NCBI GenBank assembly: GCA_025998755.1
Contig: AP024674.1
Location: 1,104,162-1,168,161, forward strand
From: Armatimonadota bacterium
GTDB lineage: Bacteria > Armatimonadota > UBA5829 > DSUL01
Direction: 5' to 3'
DNA: 64,000 nucleotides
The notes under the pieces were generated by a model. The model was not told the DNA's origin. It saw only the letters and a program-made list of their open reading frames with translations, and ran no database searches. Made by a program: the position numbers and the translations under genes. This document shows, piece after piece, positions 33,198-42,993 of this stretch (the first letter of the stretch is position 1; the number at the start of each line of letters is the position of its first letter).

Positions 33198-33991
33198 CGC
33201 GCGCCCTCCCGTGCCCTTGCGGCTTCCCTGGCGGCGGTCGTAAGAACGCGCGTTCCGTGTTGTAGCAGCGTGACATCCAGGCTGAGGGCGATCAGGTTGA
33301 AACCTTCGGAAAGCCGCGCCCGGACCTCATCCGGGTCGGGCTGCACCACGTGCACGCCGGCAAGCTTCCCCCGCTGACGGCAAGCGTTCAGACACCGGTT
33401 GCGGGCCTCCTGCATCAGGGGATGATCGAACTCGCCAAGCACGCCGTAACTGCCGGAAAGGTCGTAAGGACCGATGAAGATGCCATCCACCCCCGGCACA
33501 TCCAGGATGGCATCCACATTCTCCACGCCGGATGCGGTCTCGATCTGGACGATCAGGGACAGTGCCCGGTTGGCATCGGCGAGGCAGGCTGGGGAAATAC
33601 GCTCACCGAAATCGTTCGCCGGGGCATAGCCGATTCCGCGCTCGCCTTCCGGCGGATATTTCGCAATCCGCGCCGCGGAGGCCGCTTCACCGGCATCGTT
33701 CACCAAGGGTATGATCAGGCCCCGGAATCCCACATCCAGAGCCCGCCGGATCCAAATAAGGTCGTTGTGCGGGATGCGGGCAAGCGGAACGCATCCCCCA
33801 CCCTCCAGGATGCGCGCCAGCGCCAGGCACTGCGAGATGTCCACCGCCCCATGCTCCAGATCCACCGCCACCCAGTCCAGCCCGGCGCCCGCCAGGATCT
33901 GAGCGACACCCGGATGTCCGATCTGCATCCATCCGCCGAAGCTGGCCTCGCCCGGTCCGAGCCTGCGTCTGATCCCCGCAACACGCTGCAT
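33194..33991 (-). CDS. HpcH/HpaI family 2-keto-3-deoxy-acid aldolase
   Basis: Start set at ATG 33991 (MQRVAGIRRRL…). HpaI-family pattern (…WVAVDLEHGAVD…IIPLVNDAGEAASAARIAKYPPEGERG…). ATGA overlap with the downstream dehydrogenase. Confidence 0.7.
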   Translation of the reverse strand: MQRVAGIRRRLGPGEASFGGWMQIGHPGVAQILAGAGLDWVAVDLEHGAVDISQCLALARILEGGGCVPLARIPHNDLIWIRRALDVGFRGLIIPLVNDAGEAASAARIAKYPPEGERGIGYAPANDFGERISPACLADANRALSLIVQIETASGVENVDAILDVPGVDGIFIGPYDLSGSYGVLGEFDHPLMQEARNRCLNACRQRGKLAGVHVVQPDPDEVRARLSEGFNLIALSLDVTLLQHGTRVLTTAAREAARAREGAR

Positions 33992-34239
33992 CCGCGAACC
34001 CTTCCGTTTCCCTGAAGTCGCGGGGACACAATATCCCACCCAGGCGCGCCCGTGCAAGGTGCGGGAAAGACAACCGGGAATCTCTTCCAGACAGAAGGCG
34101 TGCCCGGGTGATTTGAATCCAGGACGGCGAAAGTGACAGCAACCTGGCGGCCTTCCGATCCTCTCCGCAGCGAGCGCGTCCGGCCAGCCCGGTCCCAAGG
34201 AGGAGGCGATTTGGGGTAAAATGGGCTCTGCCCCGATGC

Positions 34240-34327
34240 GGAGAGGTGCCCGAGTGGTTTAAGGGAACGGTCTTGAAAACCGTCCTGGCGCCTGTCGCCA
34301 GCGTGGGTTCGAATCCCACCCTCTCCG
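34240..34327 (+). tRNA. tRNA-Ser (anticodon TGA)
   Basis: GGAGAGG acceptor stem pairs with CCTCTCC. Anticodon loop CTTGAAA. Long variable arm CCTGGCGCCTGTCGCCAGCG. T-arm GTGGGTTCGAATCCCAC. 88 nt, CCA not encoded. Confidence 0.85.
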
Positions 34328-35042
34328 CTGGTTTCTTTTCTGACACGTCTTCTCGCCACCCTGGAATTCTCTCTCAACCTTGCGGATGAGAGGCCGCCGG
34401 CGGCCACGTAACCCAACCAACCCGTCAAGAGCTTTCTGTAATACAACAGCAATGGCAGGAACCAGACAGAATGGGCCAATGCCAGCTTTTCGACGAGGGG
34501 GCAACTGGAAGGTCACCAAGCCTTCGAGACGGGTTTAGGAGCACGGGCGAGGGCGACATCCGCAGAACCTATCTCACCGCTTCCCAGTATTGCGCAGCGA
34601 CCCAGGTAGATGAAGCACTGGGCTAAGTGTGTCCGGTATGCGTTGAGCGTCTGTCGAGAGCCTTCGCAATCGTCTCTCAAGCCACCGATGGACCGCAAGA
34701 CTTGGGTATCTTCTTTATCCCGAACACCCGGCCCGCCTCCAAGCCCAACCTTCTCCATCACAAGCCGAGGCTTGTCCGACCGTATTAGGTATGAGATCGG
34801 GGTCTTGATGTGCTGAACACCAGCACACTTGGCCAAGGGGAGAGTTGAAAAAACCGCGGACTTTTTGGAGTTCCTGAAATGGCCGAGGAGGAGTGAGGAA
34901 CGCGGACAGCTAAATTCGTGCATAAAACGGTCCGCCAGTGGGCATCCGCAGCTCGCCCAAGTATCCGCATCAGCGGCTGTTAACTTACTGGCCTGGCCTT
35001 GGCCGGCCCGACATACAGGCGGCACACTATGAGGAGGGGGAT

Positions 35043-36392
35043 ATGACTCACTCTGAAGAGGTTCTTTCTCCGGATTTTGAGTTGTTCGGGCTGAAACGGT
35101 CCGGTTCCGGAGCCGTCACACCACCTGCCCCACCGCAACGGGAGACCATCTCACTTGAGCTGAGCCTGATCACGCCGATGTTCGGCGGCGGCGCCGTGGC
35201 AGGACAGGTGGACCCCGACAGGCCTGTAAATGCAAAGTCCATCCGCGGACACCTGCGATTCTGGTGGCGAGCCTGCTACGCCGGCCAGTTCGATTCGGCG
35301 GAGCTCATGTTCCAGCGTGAGGCTGAGATCTGGGGTGCCGCCGGTGAGTATGGGGCCGATGGCAAGCCTGTGCTCGGGCAGGGGGCGGTCGACCTTGAGG
35401 TGGCAATCAAAGAGAAAGGACAACCCGTTCCCTGTGCCACCTATCGGAAACAAGAGCGCGCCACGTTCAATGATAAATATCCAGCATACGTTCTGTTCCC
35501 CTTTCAAGGCAAGCTCGCCAAAGACCGCTGCGTAATTGAGGTACCGCCAACGAAATGCCTGGAAAAACTAACATTCGCATTGCGGCTTAGCGTTCCCGGG
35601 GAAGTTCGGGAAGAGGTAGATTGTGCGCTTCGGGCGTGGATCCTTTTCGGGGGGGTGGGAGCCCGCACACGGCGCGGTTGCGGAGCTCTTGCCCGGGTAC
35701 CAGCGTCCGATGAATGGCTTCGCGGCTTCGACGACTTGTTTTCCCAGCACGGACCGGCGAAATGGGCAATGTTTCCACAGCTTGCAGGCTCCCGCGTGCT
35801 ACTCGGAGAGCAGCAGAACCATTTGCAGGCCTGGAGCACAGCAGTCAACCTGATGCGGGATTTCCGCCAGAGACCGGACTTTGCCCGCAATCCCGGAGAC
35901 AATCGCCCGGGCCGCAGTCGCTGGCCAGAACCAGATAGCATCCGCGACGTCAGGAGGCGATGGGCACCAGGCCACGAACCCACTCACCCCGCACGTCCGT
36001 TCTATCCCCGCGCGGATTTAGGTCTGCCTATTGTCTTTCATTTCAAAGATGGCAACAGAGGAGATCCCCAAGACCCTGACCCCACGCTGGAGGCAGCAGG
36101 AGAAGACAAGACGAGAATGGCCTCAGCTATCATTCTCAAACCTGTAGCTATATCCGAGAGCCTGTCCGTTCCGCTGGTTCTGCTGCTCAACACACCGCAT
36201 ATTTACGATGAGGCAGCACCGGGGGCCAAGCTAAAGGAAGTGCGCGGACAATCTATTGCAAGAACTGAGCTCTTAAATGAGACAAAGGCTGGCCTTGTGG
36301 CGCCGATGGACGGTGAGCCCGACGTGAGAAAGGCGTTCCTGAATTTCGCGAGAAACAACTTTCATGTAAAAAGGGAGGTGAAACTGGAGTGA
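35043..36392 (+). CDS. cmr1: type III-B CRISPR RAMP protein Cmr1
   Basis: Start ATG 35043 with GAGGAGGGGG RBS. Motifs ITPMFGGGA and IRGHLRFWWRA. Confidence 0.75.
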   Translation: MTHSEEVLSPDFELFGLKRSGSGAVTPPAPPQRETISLELSLITPMFGGGAVAGQVDPDRPVNAKSIRGHLRFWWRACYAGQFDSAELMFQREAEIWGAAGEYGADGKPVLGQGAVDLEVAIKEKGQPVPCATYRKQERATFNDKYPAYVLFPFQGKLAKDRCVIEVPPTKCLEKLTFALRLSVPGEVREEVDCALRAWILFGGVGARTRRGCGALARVPASDEWLRGFDDLFSQHGPAKWAMFPQLAGSRVLLGEQQNHLQAWSTAVNLMRDFRQRPDFARNPGDNRPGRSRWPEPDSIRDVRRRWAPGHEPTHPARPFYPRADLGLPIVFHFKDGNRGDPQDPDPTLEAAGEDKTRMASAIILKPVAISESLSVPLVLLLNTPHIYDEAAPGAKLKEVRGQSIARTELLNETKAGLVAPMDGEPDVRKAFLNFARNNFHVKREVKLE

Positions 36393-38128
36393 CATACCTT
36401 GTATCCATCTCAATCGGGCCAGTACAGGATTTCATCGCGGCGGCCAGGAAGACCCGGGATCTCTGGGCAGGTTCTTATCTGCTCAGCGAGATATCCCGCG
36501 CGGCAGCTCAGGCGCTGGCCGATAAACAGTGCCAGCTGGTCTATCCCTCCCGTGCGACCGTCGTAAATAGAGATCTTTCCATACCTAACAAGATTCTGGC
36601 CATCGCACCGCAGGGTTCCTCTCCGGCAGACCTAGCCAAAGAAGCATCCAATGCCGCCGAGGAGAAATTGTTCGAGTTCCTTGATGCTGCGCTCGAAAAA
36701 GTCCGTACCGAATATCCTGAGATTGATGTAAAAGTCTGTCAAAGCCAGGTTGAGACCTTTTTGGAGCTCTACGCGGCCTGGTGGCCAATGAAGGACGGCA
36801 ATCTCGTGGAAGCCCGCGAACAGGTGGAAGAGCTAATGGCCGGGCGCAAGGCGCTCCGGGACTTCGCACAGTCGGCAAGCAGCGCCGGCGTTCCGAAGAG
36901 CAGCCTGGACCCCGGCCGGGACGCAGTGCTTGATGGCCGTAAGGTTCGGGAACACCGTACGGGACAGGAACATAACCTGGACATCAAGCAAGGCGAGATG
37001 CTGGATGCGATATCCCTCACGAAGCGCTTCGGCCCTGCCCAGCGTTTTGTATCCACCGCGAGAGTTGCCGCCGACCCTCTGATCCGTAGAATGAAAGGAT
37101 CGCCAACTCTGGAGGAGCTGCGGGGACTCGCAGAGGAGATGCTAAAGCAGAAGAGTCAGCTCTGCACATCATTCTCCCCCGAGTCTTTCCCGCAATATGC
37201 TGAGTTCCCGTACGACACATCTCTGTTTTTCAGTGAAGGGCGAGAGGAGGTAGCCGAGGATCCGGCAAAGGACCTGGTCCCAGACTTCACGCATGTGCTG
37301 GGTCGCTTTCTTCGTGATAACGAACTGCCATCTCAGTTGCCAGCCTACTACGCAATACTGGCGGCCGACGGCGACAATATGGGGAAAGTGGTCTCGGAAA
37401 AGGCGTGCTCCGGAGGACTTAAGGAGCTGGAGGAGTTTTCCAAGGTCTTGTCGAAATTCAGCGCGAACGTCCGGGAAATCGTCGAAAACCAGCATAACGG
37501 AGCCCTTGTCTATGGGGGCGGAGATGATGTGCTGGCGTTCCTCCCTCTGGACAGAGCCCTGCCCTGCGCGAATGCTCTCCGGCAGGAGTTCAGCAACTTG
37601 ACTGGGTGCACAATGTCGGTCGGCATCGCGATCGCTCACTACGCTGCCCCGTTGCAGACCGCCGTTCGGTGGGCTCGGGAAGCAGAGCGAGACGCCAAGG
37701 CGCAATCGGGCAAGAATGCGCTCGCCGTCCACCTGCACACGCGCACAGCCGGAGAAGAGCACATCGCGGCCAGGCACAGTTGGGATGATGACCCGGTCAA
37801 CCGCTGGGATCTCTGGACCACGATGCTGGATGAGCGGAAACTCCCATCCCAGGCAGCATATCACTTGCGCCAACTGGCGTGCGAGTTCAACGGGATAATG
37901 GCGAGCGACGTTCTTTACAAGGAGGCTGAACGGATCCTGAAACGCAAGCGCGCGGACTCCGGAACCGAGGAGCTTGACCAGGATGCTGTCGCAAATATTC
38001 TGAGGTTTGCCGGAGGGAAGAACAACATGAGCGCACAGTCCCTTCACGGCGCTGTTAACGAGATCCTGATAGCCCGGAAGATCGTGCCAGCACTAACGTT
38101 GACACGTCAAAAAGGAGAGCAGGAATGA
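36389..38128 (+). CDS. cmr2: type III-B Cas10/Cmr2, short HD-less form
   Basis: GTG start overlapping the cmr1 stop (GTGA). N-terminus TYLVSISIGPVQDFIAAARKTRDLWAGSYLLSEI. Cyclase GGDD motif present (LVYGGGDDVLAFLP). Only 579 aa, and no HD motif precedes the SIGPVQ region. Confidence 0.85.
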   Translation: MTYLVSISIGPVQDFIAAARKTRDLWAGSYLLSEISRAAAQALADKQCQLVYPSRATVVNRDLSIPNKILAIAPQGSSPADLAKEASNAAEEKLFEFLDAALEKVRTEYPEIDVKVCQSQVETFLELYAAWWPMKDGNLVEAREQVEELMAGRKALRDFAQSASSAGVPKSSLDPGRDAVLDGRKVREHRTGQEHNLDIKQGEMLDAISLTKRFGPAQRFVSTARVAADPLIRRMKGSPTLEELRGLAEEMLKQKSQLCTSFSPESFPQYAEFPYDTSLFFSEGREEVAEDPAKDLVPDFTHVLGRFLRDNELPSQLPAYYAILAADGDNMGKVVSEKACSGGLKELEEFSKVLSKFSANVREIVENQHNGALVYGGGDDVLAFLPLDRALPCANALRQEFSNLTGCTMSVGIAIAHYAAPLQTAVRWAREAERDAKAQSGKNALAVHLHTRTAGEEHIAARHSWDDDPVNRWDLWTTMLDERKLPSQAAYHLRQLACEFNGIMASDVLYKEAERILKRKRADSGTEELDQDAVANILRFAGGKNNMSAQSLHGAVNEILIARKIVPALTLTRQKGEQE

Positions 38129-39276
38129 CCACTGTTCTGCTTATCCAGCCGCGTGACCCGCTTCTGTTCCGCGATGGACGCCCCTTCACCGCCGACCCTG
38201 GCGCGATGGCGCGGTCGCTGGACTGGCCGATGCCTTCCACAGTGGCGGGAGCTGTGCGCACGCTGATCGGTAACGCAAACGGGTTCGCCTGGCAGCAAGA
38301 CGGCCCGCATCTGGCCTTGCAGATCCGTATCCGGGGCCCGTTGGCTGTTGTGGAAGGCAAAGACGGAAAGTGCCGCATTTATGTGGCCGCTCCTGCGGAC
38401 GTCCTGTGGTTCGAGGATGGCAAAACATGCGAGGTTCTGCGGCCGCTCAGAACTCTGCCCGAAGGGGCTGGGTGTACGATGCCCGCTGGACTGATGCCGG
38501 TGAGCGTGAGCGCCAGAGAGAAGCCCTACACGCGGATCGCGAGCTGGCCGATGGATTCGATGCTCTCCTTCCTGCTGGAAGGCAAGGTGCCTGATGCGAA
38601 CGAGTGCATTGAGCGCTTCCCGCGGGAGGCTCGCACGCACGTCCGGATGAACGCACAGACTCTAACGGCAGACCCTGGCGGTCTGTTCTCGACGGAGTCG
38701 CTATGCATCCCCGATGTAACGATCCAACGGACAAACGCACGCCGCACCGGCCTGCTTGTTCAGATAGTGTCAGACTGCGACGTTCCCCAGAACTGCTTTT
38801 TCCCGTTGGGCGGCGAACGGCGTGCCGCGATAGCGATGGAAGCTCATGGGCAGTGGCCGGAGCCGCCCGGAGAGTGGGTGGAGAAGCTGGCGAAAACCGT
38901 GTCCGGGAAGAAACGGATCAAGCTCCAGCTGGTAACGCCGGCGGTGTTTGCCAACGGATGGCGTCCGGGTTGGATCGGAGATGACCTGACTGGAACCGTA
39001 CCTGGAACAGGGATCCAGGTGAAGCTTGTCAGCGCGTGCGTCCCCCGCCCTATCGGCTTCAGTGGGTGGGACTACAAAGAGGGCAAACCCAAAGCGGCAA
39101 GCTACGCCGCGCCTGCGGGAAGCGTGTACTTTTTTGAGATCACGGGTGGTGATGTGGATAAGGAGGAACTCGGCAAGTTATTCCTGGCGCCGCTCTGTGA
39201 CGAGTCTCGATTCAGTAACGATGGTTTTGGCCTGGCGTTGCCGGGTATGTGGGATTACGCCGGAGAGGCACAGTGA
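38125..39276 (+). CDS. cmr3: type III-B Cmr3
   Basis: MTTVLLIQPRDPLLFRDGRPFTADPG… is the canonical Cmr3 N-terminus. ATGA overlap with cmr2. Confidence 0.85.
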   Translation: MTTVLLIQPRDPLLFRDGRPFTADPGAMARSLDWPMPSTVAGAVRTLIGNANGFAWQQDGPHLALQIRIRGPLAVVEGKDGKCRIYVAAPADVLWFEDGKTCEVLRPLRTLPEGAGCTMPAGLMPVSVSAREKPYTRIASWPMDSMLSFLLEGKVPDANECIERFPREARTHVRMNAQTLTADPGGLFSTESLCIPDVTIQRTNARRTGLLVQIVSDCDVPQNCFFPLGGERRAAIAMEAHGQWPEPPGEWVEKLAKTVSGKKRIKLQLVTPAVFANGWRPGWIGDDLTGTVPGTGIQVKLVSACVPRPIGFSGWDYKEGKPKAASYAAPAGSVYFFEITGGDVDKEELGKLFLAPLCDESRFSNDGFGLALPGMWDYAGEAQ

Positions 39277-39285
39277 GGAGATCCG

Positions 39286-40197
39286 ATGGGTAACGCGATT
39301 ATTTTCTTCCACGCTCTGACGCCCATTCACACGGGCACTGGGCAGGCGGTGGATGTTATCGATCTGCCGGTTGCCCGCGAGAAGGTGACAGGATGGCCTT
39401 ATATTCCTGGGTCGAGCATCAAAGGAGTCCTGCGGGACGCAGCCGAGAAGGGGGATAAGCACAAGCGGGCCTTCGGACCGGAGACAGAGAACGCGAAGGA
39501 ATCAGCTGGCAACCTGCTGTTCTGCGACGCCAGACTGCTGTGCTTTCCGGTGCGGTCTTTCAGTGGAACCTTCGCGTGGGTGACTTGCCCTTCTGCCATC
39601 ACGCGGCTCAGCAGGGATTGCGCGGCCGCTGGACTCGATGGGCCACCCCCCTTCACACTGCCGGAGAACTGGGAATTCGCCAGCGTCATTACTACTCCGC
39701 AGACCGCACTGCGAACGCAAAGGCAAAAAAATGGGAACGACGTACGCATCATCCTTGAGGAGTACGATCTTACACCCCTGGAGTACGATCTTACACCCCT
39801 GGAAGAGAACATCTCCAAGCTCGCGGACTTCATCGCTGGAAAAGTTTTTTCCGACAGCGCTTCGCGGGAGCATTTCCTGAAACGTTTTGCCCTGGTCCAC
39901 GACGATATGTTCAGCACTCTCACGGAAACTGCCACTGAGGTGGTTGCGCGCATTGCGCTGGATGAGCGGAAAAAAGTGGTCAAACAAGGCGCACTGTGGT
40001 ACGAGGAGGCAGTACCTGCAGAGGCGATATTCGTTAGCCCTCTCATCAACGCGGAGCGGAATCCCGAAGACGACCTGATCGCCGACTATCTCGTCAAGCA
40101 ACGACTTTCCCCGGTGCAGATCGGCGGGAACGCCAGTGTGGGAAGGGGCCTGGTTCGGATCGTGCTGAACGGCTCGGAGCTTAACGGAGGGCAGTAA
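39286..40197 (+). CDS. cmr4: type III-B Cmr4 (Cas7 backbone subunit)
   Basis: FHALTPIHTGTGQ…WPYIPGSSIKGVLRDAAE. Carries an in-frame 21-nt tandem duplication (EYDLTPL x2). Confidence 0.85.
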   Translation: MGNAIIFFHALTPIHTGTGQAVDVIDLPVAREKVTGWPYIPGSSIKGVLRDAAEKGDKHKRAFGPETENAKESAGNLLFCDARLLCFPVRSFSGTFAWVTCPSAITRLSRDCAAAGLDGPPPFTLPENWEFASVITTPQTALRTQRQKNGNDVRIILEEYDLTPLEYDLTPLEENISKLADFIAGKVFSDSASREHFLKRFALVHDDMFSTLTETATEVVARIALDERKKVVKQGALWYEEAVPAEAIFVSPLINAERNPEDDLIADYLVKQRLSPVQIGGNASVGRGLVRIVLNGSELNGGQ

Positions 40198-40198
40198 T

Positions 40199-40645
40199 AT
40201 GAGCAGGCAGCTTGAACTGATGGGTCAGGCTATCGATCACATCAGGGCACAAGAAAACGGGGACGAAGAATTCCGCAGAATCTACGGGGGCCTCTATCAC
40301 AAACTGCCTGTGCTCATCAGGACGTGCGGGCTCTGTCAGGCTCTAGCGTTTGTGAACTCCAAGACACAAGCACAAGGTTCTAGAGGCTCCGCGCACAAGG
40401 CGGTGATGAGTGACGTCACGAACGTCCTGACGAAATTCTGTGGGGTGAGAGTCGCTGAGGACGACAAAGGGGATATCCTGGCCGTGATACGAGAGGAGCT
40501 GCAATCCTGGGAGTATGCTATGGCAACGCGCATCCTCCTGCAGTCTCTGGTCTTTCATAAGCGGTTTGCGGAATCCATCCTCGGAGTCGAGGCCTCGGAC
40601 TACTTGGCCGAGGACGAGCGGGTAGCGGAGATTCAGGTTCAATGA
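40199..40645 (+). CDS. cmr5: type III-B Cmr5 (Cas11 small subunit)
   Basis: 148 aa alpha-helical protein (…FRRIYGGLYHKLPVLIRTCGLCQALAF…) in the position expected for cmr5. Confidence 0.8.
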   Translation: MSRQLELMGQAIDHIRAQENGDEEFRRIYGGLYHKLPVLIRTCGLCQALAFVNSKTQAQGSRGSAHKAVMSDVTNVLTKFCGVRVAEDDKGDILAVIREELQSWEYAMATRILLQSLVFHKRFAESILGVEASDYLAEDERVAEIQVQ

Positions 40646-41688
40646 GGGATGTCCTTTCTAAGTACAAGACCTCCCACGCAGGTCTACTGCTGGAACGGCT
40701 TGTTCCAGACTTAAGCGATTCTTCCACAAAGCCCGAGAAGATCGCTTCGCTGATGAGTACTCTCGAAGACTGGTGCGGCTCCGATGATAACGGGAAACTT
40801 TATCAACACGCATTCAACTCACTCCAAGAGCAGCTCCAGCGCTTGCCGAACATTGTGCTGAAACAACTTAAAGTCACAGACCGGATCATCGTGGGTCTTG
40901 GCGCCGAAAATCCGATGGAAACTTCCATTACCCTGAATCGGTTGTTCGGGGTTCCTATTATCCCCGGATCGGCGTTGAAGGGTGTTGCCCGGAGATATGC
41001 CGAGATGTTCGAACCGGAGGATAAGGAAAGAAAGGGGGATCACACAAAGCAGATCCAGTTCCTGTTCGGCGACGTCAACTTCGGGGGCAGGATCACATTC
41101 TTCGATGCTTGGTGGGTGCCAGACCAACAAGAAAAACCGCTGTGCAAGGACGTGATCACTGTCCATCATCAGGAATACTACAGGACGAAGGGCAAGAAGC
41201 CGCCTACCGACTTCGACGACCCGAACCCCATGAGCTTCGTCAGCGCAAAGGGCACTTTCCTCTTCGCCGTACAGGGGCCTACCAAGGAATGGTCGCAGCT
41301 GGCGATGGCCCTCCTTCAGGGCGGACTCTGTCATCTCGGGGTCGGAGCGAAAACCAGCAGCGGCTACGGAAGGTTCCAGGACGATACGGCGGTGTTCGGT
41401 TCGTCAACGCAATCTGCTGGGCAAGCATCAAGCGCTGAGCCACTTATAGATCCTTCCGCTATGCCCGACGAAGCGCTAAAGACCGCTATTGAGAGTCTCT
41501 CTCGTGCGAATATGAAGGACTTACTACCAAAGTTCGCGGCCCGGTGGGACACCATTCAGAGCGATCACATGAAACGGCAGGTTGGGCAGATCATTAGAGA
41601 GAAATCTCGGATATCAGGTGTGAGCGGCCCATGGCTCAATCCCATCAACAACTTTCTACAAGGAAAGAGACCCAATCGCAGACGGTAG
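40642..41688 (+). CDS. cmr6: type III-B Cmr6
   Basis: RLFGVPIIPGSALKGVARRYAE…GGRITFFDAWWVPD. ATGA overlap with cmr5. Confidence 0.8.
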   Translation: MRDVLSKYKTSHAGLLLERLVPDLSDSSTKPEKIASLMSTLEDWCGSDDNGKLYQHAFNSLQEQLQRLPNIVLKQLKVTDRIIVGLGAENPMETSITLNRLFGVPIIPGSALKGVARRYAEMFEPEDKERKGDHTKQIQFLFGDVNFGGRITFFDAWWVPDQQEKPLCKDVITVHHQEYYRTKGKKPPTDFDDPNPMSFVSAKGTFLFAVQGPTKEWSQLAMALLQGGLCHLGVGAKTSSGYGRFQDDTAVFGSSTQSAGQASSAEPLIDPSAMPDEALKTAIESLSRANMKDLLPKFAARWDTIQSDHMKRQVGQIIREKSRISGVSGPWLNPINNFLQGKRPNRRR

Positions 41689-41709
41689 TGTCGCTAGGTT
41701 ATTACGAAT

Positions 41710-42993
41710 ATGAGGATGGAGGATGGAGGATGGAGGATGGAATCCGCTGTGCAGCCTACAGTCTCTCCCAATGCCACTGAGGAACCTTCAGACCTTACCC
41801 TGCTCACGACGCTCGGCACTGGCAAGTATGTTGATGTGACCTATCAATACGGCCAACAGCAGTTCACCACCAGCCTCGTTCCTGTGGCTCTTGCCGAATG
41901 GTTCAAGCCCACCAAGACGATCGTGCTGTTGACGGAACAGGCAAAGAACTCAGACTACTGGCAATTGCTCAGTAAGAAAGTCCAGAACTGTCAGGAAGCC
42001 AAGATCCCTGAAGGCCGATCTGAGGAGGAATACTGGAAGATATTCGACATCGTTACCTCAGCACTCAGTGGGTCTAAAGAGGTTATCCTGGATATCACGC
42101 ATGGCTTTCGCTCTCTGCCGGTAATTGTTTTGCTGGCTGCTGTGTTCCTTCAAGAAAGCCAGGGGGTGAAGATGAGGCACATCTTTTACGGAGCGTATGA
42201 AGCTCGTGACAAGGACAAAGGAGAGCCTGCGCCCATCTTTGACCTCTCGCCAATGCTTGACCTAGTGCAATGGGCTGTCGCCACTAACCGGTTCCTCGAG
42301 ACCGGAGACGCTCGCAAACTCGGCCACCTTCTTGAGGAGATCCAGCGGAGGTTTTACACATCTGTAGAGGTCTCGGCAGGAAAAGAGCCGCCAAAGCAGC
42401 TTCAATCTGCTGGCCAGGCACTGTCTAAACTGTCCCAAGCCATCGATCTTGTCCGCCCTGCCGACATACGCGAATACAGTCAGAAACTTATGGAAGAGCT
42501 GGTCACGGCAAAAACAGAGATCCAACTATTCGCCCGCCCGTTCGAACTTGTGCGGGAACACGTTCAGGCCGAGTTCGGAGGTTTGAAGCAGGGTGATCTT
42601 GCCTCCCAACGGGATCTCATCAAATGGTATCTGGATCATGGTCGTATATTGCAGGCAATGATCTTTGCGAGGGAATGGGTGATATCTTGGACGGCTGAGG
42701 CCATCAACCGCGGGGACCTGAAAGACCGTGAAAGCATTGAGCACGCGCTGAATCAGGTGATTCACCGGAGTGAAGGACGTGACCCAACCAAGGCAAAGGA
42801 CATTGACCCAGACATCGTGAAAAGCGTGAACGACTTGGAGGCGAGGGAGCAGCTGAAGGATATCTGGAGTGAGCTGGGAGGCTTGCGCAATGACCTTGCC
42901 CATTGTGGTTTCCGCAAGGACCGCAGAAAAGTGAACAGGCTGCCTGATCAGGCCAAGGAGATCTACTGTCTTCTGAGGGAGCTGGAGTGTTGA
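41710..42993 (+). CDS. csx1: Csx1 family CARF-HEPN protein (DxTHG motif)
   Basis: CARF signatures TLGTGKY and DITHGFRSLP. C-terminal HEPN R-x4-H motif (RNDLAHCG). The more likely start is the in-frame ATG at 41737 (MESAVQ), preceded by an (AGGATGG)4 repeat. Confidence 0.75.
   Translation: MRMEDGGWRMESAVQPTVSPNATEEPSDLTLLTTLGTGKYVDVTYQYGQQQFTTSLVPVALAEWFKPTKTIVLLTEQAKNSDYWQLLSKKVQNCQEAKIPEGRSEEEYWKIFDIVTSALSGSKEVILDITHGFRSLPVIVLLAAVFLQESQGVKMRHIFYGAYEARDKDKGEPAPIFDLSPMLDLVQWAVATNRFLETGDARKLGHLLEEIQRRFYTSVEVSAGKEPPKQLQSAGQALSKLSQAIDLVRPADIREYSQKLMEELVTAKTEIQLFARPFELVREHVQAEFGGLKQGDLASQRDLIKWYLDHGRILQAMIFAREWVISWTAEAINRGDLKDRESIEHALNQVIHRSEGRDPTKAKDIDPDIVKSVNDLEAREQLKDIWSELGGLRNDLAHCGFRKDRRKVNRLPDQAKEIYCLLRELEC

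Noticed and set aside
34513-35025. 170-aa ORF in the tRNA-Ser to cmr1 gap, considered as a possible integrase remnant
   Set aside because: No integrase or recombinase motifs (no R..H..R..Y pattern). It overlaps the cmr1 start region and the composition is non-coding-like.
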